NCBI GenBank assembly: GCA_002269645.1
Contig: NIVC01001626.1
Span: 194,340-258,339 of the forward strand
DNA from: Macrostomum lignano
Lineage: Eukaryota
Direction of reading: 5' to 3'
Length of the DNA: 64,000 nt
Shown piece after piece: positions 36,985 to 48,400 of this stretch (within the stretch, counting starts at the first letter, position 1; every line of letters starts with the position of its first letter). The notes beneath the pieces were generated by a model that was not told where the DNA came from, searched no databases, and saw nothing but the letters and a program-made list of their open reading frames with translations. The position numbers and the translations under genes are program-made.

Positions 36985-37515
36985 TATTCTAAGAATCTCT
37001 TCTACTTTTGCATTCTAACAATGTCTTCTACTTTGTATTCTAAGAATGTCTTCTACTTTGTATTCTAAGAATGTCTTCTACTTTCTATTCTAAGAATCTC
37101 TTCTACTTTGTATTCTAAGAATCTCTTCTACTTTCTATTCAAAGAATCTCTTCTACTTTAGAATCTATTCTGAGAATGTCTTCTACTTTCTATTCTAAGA
37201 ATGTCTTCTACTTTCTATTCTAAGAATGTCTTCTACTTTCTATTCTAAGAATGTCTTCTACTTTGTATTCTAAGAATGTCTTCTACTTTCTATTCTAAGA
37301 ATCTCTTCTACTTTCTATTCTAAGAATCTCTTCTACTTTGTATTCTAAGAATGTCTTCTACTTTCTATTCTAAGAATCTCTTCTACTTTGTATTCTAAGA
37401 ATCTCTTCTACTTTGTATTCTAAGAATCGATTCTACTTTGTATTCTATGAATGTCTTCTACTTTCTATTCTAAAAATCTCTTCTACTTTGTATTCTAAGA
37501 ATGTCTTGTACTTTT
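36985..37515. repeat. 25-bp minisatellite (TATTCTAAGAATGTCTTCTACTTTC), about 21 copies
   Basis: Direct reading. Confidence 0.92.
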
Positions 37516-37554
37516 TATTAGCTTTTATTAAAAAACTAATTAAAAAGACCTAAA

Positions 37555-38330
37555 TTATGGCGCTAGATAAACCAAGGATTACTGCACTTGATAAACCAAG
37601 GAATTTTGCGCTTGATAAGCCAAGGATTATTGCACTTGATAACCCAAGGGTTATTGCACTTGATAAACCAAGGATTACTATAAGGATTTTTGCACTTGAT
37701 AAACCAAGGATTATTGCACTTGATAAGCCAATGATTATTTCACTTGATAAGCCAAAGATTACTGCGCTTGATAAACCAAAGATTATTGCACTTGATAAGC
37801 CAAAGATTACTGCGCTTGATAAACCAAGGATTATTGCACTTGATAAGCCATCGATTATTGCACTTGATAAGCCAAGGATTATCGCACTTTGATAAACCAA
37901 GGATTATTGCACCCGATAAGCCAAGGGTTATTGCACTTGATAACCCAAGGGTTATTGCACTTGATAAACCAAGGATTACTATAAGGATTTTTGCACTTGA
38001 TAAACCAAGGATTATTGCACTTGATAAGCCAATGATTATTTCACTTGATAAGCCAAAGATTACTGCGCTTGATAAACCAAAGATTATTGCACTTGATAAG
38101 CCAAAGATTACTGCGCTTGATAAACCAAGGATTATTGCACTTGATAAGCCATCGATTATTGCACTTGATAAGCCAAGGATTATCGCACTTTGATAAACCA
38201 AGGATTATTGCACCCGATAAGCCAAGGATTATTGCACTAGATTTGAAAGGGCTATTGCACTAGCTGAGACATCGATTTTTGAACTTGATGAGTAAAGGAT
38301 TATTGCACTAGCTGAGAAGCTGATTATTGC
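37555..38330. repeat. 24-bp minisatellite (GCACTTGATAAGCCAAGGATTATT) with an internal 301-bp higher-order duplication
   Basis: The variant pattern at about 37620-37890 recurs at about 37921-38190. Confidence 0.9.
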
Positions 38331-38444
38331 GCTGTCTAAAAAAGAGATTATTGCGCTCACTGAGACGTGGATCGTTGCACAACCTGAGAAAGCGATTATT
38401 GCATTAGCGGAGGTAACATTTGCACTAGCTACTTGCTGTCTCGC

Positions 38445-38705
38445 GGATGCTTGCTATTTGGAGGATGCTTGCTCTAGAGGGGGGATACTTGCTATTTGGG
38501 AGGGGGGTACTGGCTACAAGTATGGGATTCTTTCTATCCAGGGATGCTTGCTATTTAGGGATTCTTGCTATCTGCAGGATGCTTGCTATCTGGGTGGATG
38601 CTTCTATCTGGGGGATGCTTGCTATCTGCAGATGCTTGCTATGAGCATTAGAGGATGCTTGCTATCTGCGGTTGTTTACTTTTGGAGGGGGGTGCTTGCT
38701 GTCTT
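38445..38705. repeat. Degenerate ~20-bp repeat (GGATGCTTGCTATCTGG)
   Basis: About 10 loose copies. Confidence 0.7.
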
Positions 38706-39445
38706 GGGAATATTTTCTATTTAGGGGAAGCTATATTTTGTTGTCTGTTTGTTAATTTTAGAGAAAAAGTGATTCTTTCACTTTTTAAACATCTTTTTCC
38801 GTGACAATTTTACCCGAATACAAGCTAAGGTGATTTTTAAAAGTGAAGAAGGAATTGGTGTTTAAGAAAATGTGCTTTTTTATTTTTTTCCGTGAACTAT
38901 TTTTGCTCCTTGCTTATTGGGCGCCCCAAAGGGGGGCCGCACTAGATTGCTAGTATAGTCTTATTATGCTTATTCCACTGATAAATGAGCAAATAAACAA
39001 GTGAACCTGAGGTCCTACCAGGGGAGAGAGACAAAGAGCAAGGAGATAGTTACAAACACAATAAGAGAAAGTATGCTGACAGTTGAGAAATGCCAAAATG
39101 AGATAGATTTAGATTATTTTTGAGCTTCTAAAAGCTTGAGCTTTTGAGCTTCTAAGTCAAATAGTAGGTTCACTAGGGTGTTCCATTGTCTATGCTCGTA
39201 TATATAATAAATGATTACTATTTGATATTTGGTAGCAGAGTTTAAATGCTTATTAAAAATGAAATCTGTAGCTATCAGAAATCAAGAAATCTGGGTATTG
39301 ATTCTGACTATTGAAATCCTAGGCTCCCAAGTTTGCCTGATTTGATCTTGTCTGACCCCTATTTATTAGCAGGAGTTTTAACAGTATTTTCATCCCACCT
39401 AATCCTGTAATCAACTGACTCCCCTCCTCCAGCATCAGCTGGGCA

Positions 39446-42400
39446 ATGAGCTCCAGCAGCTGCATCATCAACAACAGCAGCTGCAGCAGTGCCAGGCCAG
39501 CTGGCCACCCACACGGTGCAGTCCAGGTGGCATCTGACAATGAAGACAGCACCTCCGACCGCTTTGTGCTGGCCAGCGACTCGCTGCCACACAGCCCCGC
39601 GGCCTCGGCTGGCGACCCCGCCAGCTCTGGAGATGCCGCGGCACCCTGCACAGTCGCCTTTCGTACAGAGCACCCAGAGGGCACCCGCCTGCACCGCCTG
39701 GCCTTCGCTGGCGACGTGGCCGCCCTGGCCAGGGCTGTGCGCGACCTCGGACCCGAGGAGGTGGCCCGGCTTATCAATATCCAGGATAAGCATGGTGAGA
39801 GTTTCCGCTGTTTTGGTTGCTATGGAAACAAGCTAACTGTCGGCCTATCTGTGTCAGATCTAGATAGAGTATATTAGTATATAGTGGATTGCTTGATGAA
39901 TTAGGTAGTATGGTTAAGTTCACGATGAACTTCTGGGCGCTGCCCAGATCTCTGGCTCTGATATGCAGCCGAAGTTGTTGCTGGCCAACCATGTTTGTAC
40001 TTATAGGTGAAATCTTAAAAACAGTAGTCAATCTTGGTTGCTAGGCAACCATCTTTGTAGGTAAAATCTTAAAAACAGTAGTCAATCTTGGTTGCTAGGC
40101 AACCATCTTTGTAGGTAAAATCTTAAAAACAGTACTCAATCTTGGTTGCTAGGCGTCTATCTATCTTTGTTTGTAGGTAAAATCTTACAAAAAGTAGTTA
40201 ATATTGGATGCTAGGCAACCATGTTTTTCTGTAAGTAAAATCTTTAAAACAGTACTCAATCTTGGTTGCTAGGCATCTATCTTTGTTTATAGGTAAGATC
40301 TTGAAAAACAATACTCAATATTGGTTGCTAGGCAACCATCTTTGTTTGTAAAAACAGCAGTCAATACTGGTTGCTAGGCAACCATCTTTGTTTTTATGTA
40401 AAATAGTAAAAAACAGTACTCAATCTTGGTTGCTAAGTAACCATCTTTGTGTAACACGCGGTATTTGGCAGCACCAAAAAAAAAACACGAAGGCCCCGTG
40501 AGGCAGTGATCGCTTTATTTATGCAAGTTGAAGTTAAGCCTGCGATGTACATAGAGAGCGAACGTACATTAAATCAATACGATGATTCAGCTAATTATTT
40601 GTCACGATTGCTAACAGTTCAGACTGCCTCTAAGGCAAGGAATAAAATATTACATTTCTCCCCCACAAAAGGAGCATAGCGACAGGGAATAAAAAGATGA
40701 GAGTGAGACACAGCTAGCGAAATGTAGAGTAAAAAGAGGAACGCAGACAGTAAAATCGGTTCAATCACAGTCTCTGACAGTCCATGGCTTCAGTCACTCA
40801 GCGCTCACACCGAGGTAGTCCGGAGGGCGCCGCACCCTGGCCGGGTACCGCCGCTCGGCCTGGCTCGACTCCGGGGCGACCTCGTGGGTCACCGGCTGCT
40901 GGCGGAGCTGCTCCGCATCGGCCTGGGCTGCGAGCCGCCTGCGCAGCCGGTTCACGTGCACCCAGCGGACCGGCCGAATGCCGAAGGCGCGGCGGATGCG
41001 CACCGAGTGGCCGCGCTGCTCGAGCACCGTCCAGCCCGGCTCCCAGTACGGCGCCAGCTTCGATCGCCGCATCTCGATGCTGAGCAACACCTCGGTGCCT
41101 TGCGGAAACTGCGGCAGGTCCGACGCCTTCTTGTCGTGCGCCGCCTTCTGTTGCTGTCCGGCGGCCACCAGGTTTTCCTCAACGAACTCGCGAATGCGGG
41201 CCAACCGACGCTCCAGCAGCGCCGAGTAGGTGCCGATGTCATACTGCTGCTCGCTGGCCTGCACCTGAGGTGGAAGCTGCGGGTCGCGGCCGGTCATCAC
41301 AGTCAGCGGCGTCACCTTGGTTGAGCTGTGGACCCTGGAGTTGTAGGACAGGACCACCAGCGGCAGCTGCTCCTCCCAGCTGGACTCACTCTCGGTGAAC
41401 AGCCGCAGCAGTTGCAACAGCGACTTGTTGCCGCGCTCCACAAGGCCGTTTCCCTGCGGATGGTAGGGCGATGTGCGCGTCTTCCTGATACCCAGCGCTC
41501 GCAGCGTCTCCTGGAACAGCTCGCTCTCGAAGTTCGCGCCCTGATCCGAGTGGATGACCGATGGAACTCCGAACAGCGAGAAAACCTTGACTGCAGCGTC
41601 CGCGATGGTCTTGGCAGTCTGGTCTGGCATCGGCATGGCGGTCAGGAACTTGGAGAACTGGTCCTGCATCACCAGCAGGTAGCTGTTGCCGCGGTCTGAC
41701 AGCGGCACCTTCAGCACGTCGATGGCCACAGTCTGCCAGGGCTTGCCGATCGGCATCTCTCCAAGTGGGGCCGCGGGGCGCTGCTGCGCCTTCTTTAGTT
41801 GGCAGGTCTGGCACTCCTGACAGAAACTCACCACGTCGCTCTGCAGTCCCGGCCAGTACGCGGCCTGCTTCAGCGTATCGGCCATCTTCTCTGGCCCGAA
41901 GTGGCCGCCGATGCCTTCGTGGAAGTCGGTCAGGAACTGGCGCCGCAGCGACTCCGGAATCACAGGAACGTCTCTCGGTCCTGCGGCGTCGTTGAATGCC
42001 CGGCAGAGAAAGCCATCTTGGATCCTCAGCTTCCGCCAGATGCGGCTGAGGTGTCTCAGGCTGGTGTCCGACCATCTTGGTGGCGTCGTGCTGTCCTTCT
42101 CCAGCGCCGCGAGGACCAGCTTGAGCTTCGGATCGGCAAGTTGCGCCTGCCGCATCTCCTGATTGGACACCTTCGGCTGTAGCTCCGTTGCCGACGCTCC
42201 GATCACCTCGCCGTGGCTTTCGTGCATCCTGGACAGGCCGTCCGCCTCCACGTTGTCGACGCCCTTGGTATACTTGATGGTGAAGGCGAACTCCTGCAGC
42301 AGCAACCGCCAGCGCCCAAGCCGGCCATGGCTGTCGACCCGCTGAGAATTCAGAAACGTGAGCGGGCAGTGGTCGGTGAAGACCGTGAAGTGCCGGCCAA

Positions 42401-45400
42401 GCAGGTAGTGCCTGTAGGTCTTCAGGGCGTGCAGGATAGCCAGGCACTCCTTCTCGACAGTTGAGTAGCCCTTCTCCGGTGCCGTAAGCGCTCTGCTGCA
42501 GTACTCAATCACCTGGTCTCCTTGCTTGAGCACGATGCCGACTCCGGTGTTGCTGGCATCCGTGTAGAGCTGGAACTCCTTGGAGAAATCCGGGTGGCCG
42601 ATGATCGGCGGCTGCTGCAAGGCCTCCTTGAGACGTCGGAATGCCGTGCCGCACTCGCTGGTCCACTCGAACTTCTCTGTTTTGCTCGTCAGTCTGTGCA
42701 GCGGCCCGGCGATGTCGGAGAAGCTCGGCACGTACTTCCTGTACTGGTTGCAGAGGCCCAGGAACTGCCGCACCTGCGTTGGCGAATGCGGTATCGGCCA
42801 CTCCTGGATAGCGCGCACCTTCTCAGGGCTCACGGTGGCACCCTTAGCCGAGAACACGGTGCCGAGAAAAGTGACCTCCGGCAGGCCTAGCTGGCACTTG
42901 CTGCCTCGGACGGTGAGCCCAGCGCCTCTGATCTTCTTGAAGACTTCTCGCAGGTGCCGGAGATGCTCAGCCTTCGATCTGGAGAAGCACAGCGTGTCGT
43001 CCATGTAGGTGAAGGTCTGCGCGGCGCCTTTGAACACGCGGTTCATTAGGATGGTGAACGAGCTCGGGCCGCCGCAGACGCCCTGCGGCATCCGCTTGAA
43101 CTGTTACAGCGGCATTCCGGGCCCTGGGCTGAAGGCCGTCTTCTGCTTGTCTTCCGGCTTCATCGGAATTTGGAAGTAGCCGCCGTTCAGGTCGATCACC
43201 GAGAAAATCTCGTTGCCAGCCAACTTGTCCTTGACGAAGTCCATCTGCGGAATGCCCTGCGCTGACCGCACCGTCTTCTTGTTCAGCTCGCGGTAATCGA
43301 TCGTCAACCGCAGGTCACCGTTCTTCTTCCGCACGTACACTGGGGTCGCCACGTACGGGCTGTCCGACTCCTCGATGACGTCATTGTCCAGCAGCTCCTG
43401 AATCAGCTTCCTCACCTCGGGCTCCCAGTGCACCGGCAGCTTCCTCGGCGGAATCCGCACCGGGACATCGTCAGTCAGCGGGATGCTGTGATCGTGTCGA
43501 TCCGTCAGCCCTGGCCGCCTGGTGAAAATGTCGCTGAACTCGCGCACCAAAGCTCGGATGTCCGGGTCCTCCGCGACTGGCAGGTCGATCTCCTCCTTGG
43601 TGAAATCCGGCACCAGCTTCTCTTCAATGTCCTCGAGCTGACTGTCAGCATCGAGGTGACTCACGCCGTTGATCACACAAGAGTCCTTTGATGGGGTCTC
43701 TGCTGTACTGTCGCGGAAGTCCAGGCACATGTTGCAGGCCTTGATGAAGTCCAGCCCGATGATGACGGCAGCAACCAGACCTTCAGACACGTAAAACGGG
43801 TGCCGCCGCTCGATGCCGCCGAGCGACACCGCCAGGCTGGCCACCTGCCGCACCGGCACCGCTTGCTGGTTGACTGCCCGCAGCTCCAGGTGCACGCTCT
43901 CCAGCTGAGCTGGCCGCATGCTCTGCAGGACCCGCTTGTCCACGATTGACACCTGGCTGCCTGAGTCGATAAGCGCCGTGACGTCCGCGCCTCCGATCCT
44001 GCACTGCAGCTTGGATGTCGCCGAGTTCGGCCTGATGACGACTGCCGCTGCGCTGCTGCTGGCTGCACCGCTCCCCTCTGCGCCCAGGAACAACCCACTC
44101 ACGCTGGGGCCCGCGCTCAGAACTGGCCAGGGGTGCGGGCTCTGCCCCGGCCTGTGCCGTTTCCCGACGGCTGATTGCAGTTCCTGGCGATGTGACCGCG
44201 GCGGTGGCAGTTCCAGCAGGTCACCTCGCGCTGTCTCCTCGCACTGCGAATCGCGCAGGAGTCCGAAACCTCTGAGCCCAGCTTCGCCGCCAGGTCTTGG
44301 ACGGTCGCCTGCAGCGAGCTGACCGCAGCCCGCAGTTCTGCAGTCTCCGCGCTGCCTGCAGCTCCGGCTGCCGCTGCAAGAGGCTGCTTGAATCCGTCCG
44401 TGGTGGCAGAAGGCAGCTCCAGTAGCAGTTGTGCCCGTGCGAGAGCGTCACTCACGGTCTTGGCTGACGCGTCCGCTCTGATCTGCTTGCTGATGTCCTC
44501 CGGCAGTCCGCGGATGAACTGGTGAGTCAGCATGGTGGCCGTTGCGCCTGCCTCGCTGATGCCCGCGTCCTTTAGCAGCTGCTTCAGGTGATAGAGAAAG
44601 AGCCGAGGAGATTCGCCCGGCAGCAGCTTCCGGCTCTCAAATGCATCCAGCGCTGAGAATTTCTGGCTGTCCGGGTGAAATGCCTGGCTCAGAGCTTTGG
44701 TCACTTTGCTGTAGTCGCTCTTGCTATTCTCGTCGAGCTCAAGAAAAACAGCCAGAGCCTCACCATCCAAAAACGTTGGCAGGTGCAAATGTTTGTCATT
44801 TACCCACTTGTTGGCTGCCGCGCACAGCTCAAACCGCTGGAGCCACTCCTTAAAGTTGCCTGAGCTGAACGCCCTAGGAATCGCACGGTGACTGCCGCCC
44901 TCTGCCATAGTACGCTCTGCTACCACTTGTAACACGCGGTATTTGGCAGCACCAAAAACACGAAGGCCCCGTGAGGCAGTGATCGCTTTATTTATGCAAG
45001 TTGAAGTTAAGCCTGCGATGTACATAGAGAGCGAACGTACATTAAATCAATACGATGATTCAGCTAATTATTTGTCACGATTGCTAACAGTTCAGACTGC
45101 CTCTAAGGCAAGCAATAAAATATTACATTTGTTTGTAGGTAAAATCTTAAAAAACAGTATTCAATCTTGGTTGCTAGGCAACCATCTTTGTTTGTAGATA
45201 AAATAGTAAAAACAGTAGTCAATATTGGTTACTAGGCAATCATATATATTGTTTGTAGGTAAAATAGTAAAAACAGTACTTAATCCTGGTTGCTAGGCAA
45301 GTTAAACTAATCAAAGCATCTATCTTCGTTGCCAGGCAACACAGCGCTACACATCGCAATAATGCGCGGTCACCACGCCTGCGTGACGCTACTGACGGGC

Positions 45401-48400
45401 GAGGGCGCCTCCGTGCGGATCCGAAACCGGGAGTGCTGGTCACCCATCTGCGAGGCCGTCAGCTATGGGGACAGGAAGACCAGTAGGTGGCTCGCGTGTT
45501 GCAAGGCTGGGATGGTGTGTCTGGGTCTGTGTTGCGTCCGTCTGTAATGTGTCTTTCTGCGTTGTGTCTGGGTCTGTGTTTCGTCCGTCTGTAATGTGTC
45601 TCTTTCTGTGTTGTGTCTGGGTCTTTGTGTTTTGTCTGGGTCTCTGTGGTCTGTATCACTGAGCTATTTCCGTCTTTGTGGTGTTATGTGTCTCTGAGTT
45701 GTGTCTTGGTCTATGTGTTGTCTAGATCTCCAGTTATCTGCAGTACCTTTGTGTTTTTTACCTGTGTCTCTCAAGGTATCTCTGGGTCGATCTGGGTCCT
45801 TTCTTCTGTCTGGATTTGCCTGGGTCTCTTAGGGTTTCTCTGGGGTTTCTCGGGGTATCTCTGGGTCTCTTAGGGTATCCCTGGGTCTATCAGGGTATCC
45901 CTGGGTCTCGCAGGGTATCCCTGGGTCTCCCAAGATATTCCTGGGTCTCTCAAGATATCCGTGGGTCTCTCAGGGTGTCCCTGGTGTCTGTGTATGCCTG
46001 GGTCTCTCAGGGTGTCCCTGGTGTCTGTGTATGCCTGGGTCTCTCAGGGTGTCCCTGGTGTCTGTGTATGCCTGGGTCTCTCAGGGTGTCCCTGGTGTCT
46101 GTATGCCTGGGTCTCTCAGGGTGTCCCTGGTGTCTGTGTATGCCTGGGTCTCTGGGTCCATCGGGTGCTCTTTTGGGCGAGTCTGGTTGTGTGTTTTGCA
46201 GCCCAGTCTGTGTGCGGGCTGCAGCTGTGAGCAGCGCCTTCATCCTCTCCCCAGTCAGGATTTCTCGAAACCCCAGCTGCTTCGGTGCTCAAATTGGAAC
46301 AGACATTTTATTATTATGGATTCTGTGTTCCCAGCACTGAAGATAACCCGCTCTGGCAGGCCGCCTTCCCGCCACCTCGTCCTCGCCTTTGAGTCCTCGG
46401 GCGCGCGCGCCGCCTCAATCGGCTTGAGGGTGGGGGGGTAATTAACTAGAGGGAAAGAGACTGTAAGCCTCATCGGCTCTTAATCAGCGTCTTCAAATGA
46501 CTGAGCTGTGTCTGCTTAGGAATGCTTATTGTATTTACTGACTGAGCTCCCTGTGTGTTCTTGATGGCGCTGCTGAGCTGCCCTGGAATTCCCGTAGCTC
46601 TAGCCATTAGCTCCGCATTGTAAGCCGCTGTTGAGTGACAGATCGGCTGACAGACTGACTGACAGACAGGCTGACAGAGTGGCTGACAGACTGACTGACA
46701 GACAGGCTGACAGAGTGGCTGACAGACTGACTGACAGACAGGCTGACAGAGTGGCTGACAGACAGGCTGACAGACTGACTGACAGACTGGCTGACAGACT
46801 GAGTGACAGACTGGCTGACAGACTGGCTGACAGACTGAGTGACAGACTGGCTGACAGACTGAGTGACAGACTGGCTGACAGACTGAGTGACAGACTGGCT
46901 GACAGACTGAGTGACAGACTGGCTGACAGACTAGCTGACATACTGACTGAAAGATGCCAATGCCAAACCTATTTCCAGTCCTGCACATCATCCGCCTGCT
47001 GCACCGGGAGCTGCAGGAGCTCGGCGAATCGCGCAGGCAGGACCTCATCCGGCTGCTCAAGTCTCTGCCGGACTTCTACCTGGAGATCAAGTGGGACTTC
47101 CAGACCTGGGGTGAGTGGCAGCTTAGTTTCCTGTCAATCTGACTGCCACCACCTGGTCGGTCACTCCCTCTGCCACACCTGTCACTCTCGTACCTGATCG
47201 GTCACTTCCTCTGCCACACCTGTCACTCTTGTACCTGATCCGTCACTCCCTCTGCCACACCTGTCACTCTCGTACCTGATCCGTCACTCCCTCTGCCACA
47301 CCTGTCACTCTCCCACCTGATTGGTCACTCCCTCTGCCACACCTGTCACTCTCCCACCTGATCGGTCACTTCCTCTGCCACACCTGTCACTCTCGTACCT
47401 GATCCGTCACTTCCTCTGCCACACCTGTCACTCTCCCACCTGATCGGTCACTCCCTCTGCCACACCTGTCACTCTCGTACCTGATCCGTCACTTCCTCTG
47501 TCACACCTGTCACTCTCGCACCTGATCCGTCACCCCTGCATCCCCCACGCAGTGCCGCTGCTGTCCCGCCTGCTGCCCAGCGACGTGTGCCGGCTGTACA
47601 AGAAGGGCGCCCGTGTCCGCATGGACAGCACCCTGGTGGACTTTGAGGACATGCGCTGGACTCGGGGTGACATCTCCTTCCTTTACAATGGCGAGGAGAA
47701 GGCGCGTAACGCCTTCGTCATGCTGGACAACGCGGCCCGCTGCTATCAGCGGATGCGACGCGAGAGGAACAGCGAGAGGGACCTGGCCTCCGAGGCAGAC
47801 ATGCTCATGGCCAGCGATGTGGACTTCGCCAAGCTCGACACCGCCAGGGCCAAGTTCTCCAGGCAGCAACAGGTGGGAGTCTGCGCGGAACTGCCTGCTG
47901 AGCAGTGGGATTCCTGTGCCTGTGGGATTCCTGTGTCTGTGGGATTCCTATGTCTGTGGGATTCCTGTGTCTGTGGGATTCCTGTGTCTGTGGGATTCCT
48001 ATGCCTGTGGGATTCCTGTGTCTGTGGGATTCCTGTGTCTGTGGGATTCCTGTGTCTGTGGGATTCCTATGCCTGTGGGATTCCTGTGTCTGTGGGATTC
48101 CTATGCCTGTGGGATTCCTGTGTCTGTGGGATTCCTGTGTCTGTGGGATTCCTATGCCTGTGGGATTCCTGTGTCTGTGGGATTCCTGTGTCTGTGGGAT
48201 TCCTGTGTCTGTGGGATTCCTGTGTCTGTGGGATTCCTATGCCTGTGGGATTCCTGTGTCTGTGGGATTCCTGTGTCTGTGGGATTCCTGTGTCTGTGGG
48301 ATTCCTATGCCTGTGGGATTCCTGTGTCTGTGGGATTCCTATGCCTGTGGGATTCCTGTGTCTGTGGGATTCCTGTGTCTGTGGGATTCCTATGCCTGTG

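Larger units (their letters stand above)
40450..45127 (-). mobile_element. Full-length Ty3/Gypsy LTR retrotransposon (4,678 bp), very recent insertion
   Basis: TGTAA...TTACA LTRs at 40450-40654 and 44928-45127, 4-bp TSD TTTG, PBS, PPT, gag, and pol in PR-RT-RH-IN order. Confidence 0.97.
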
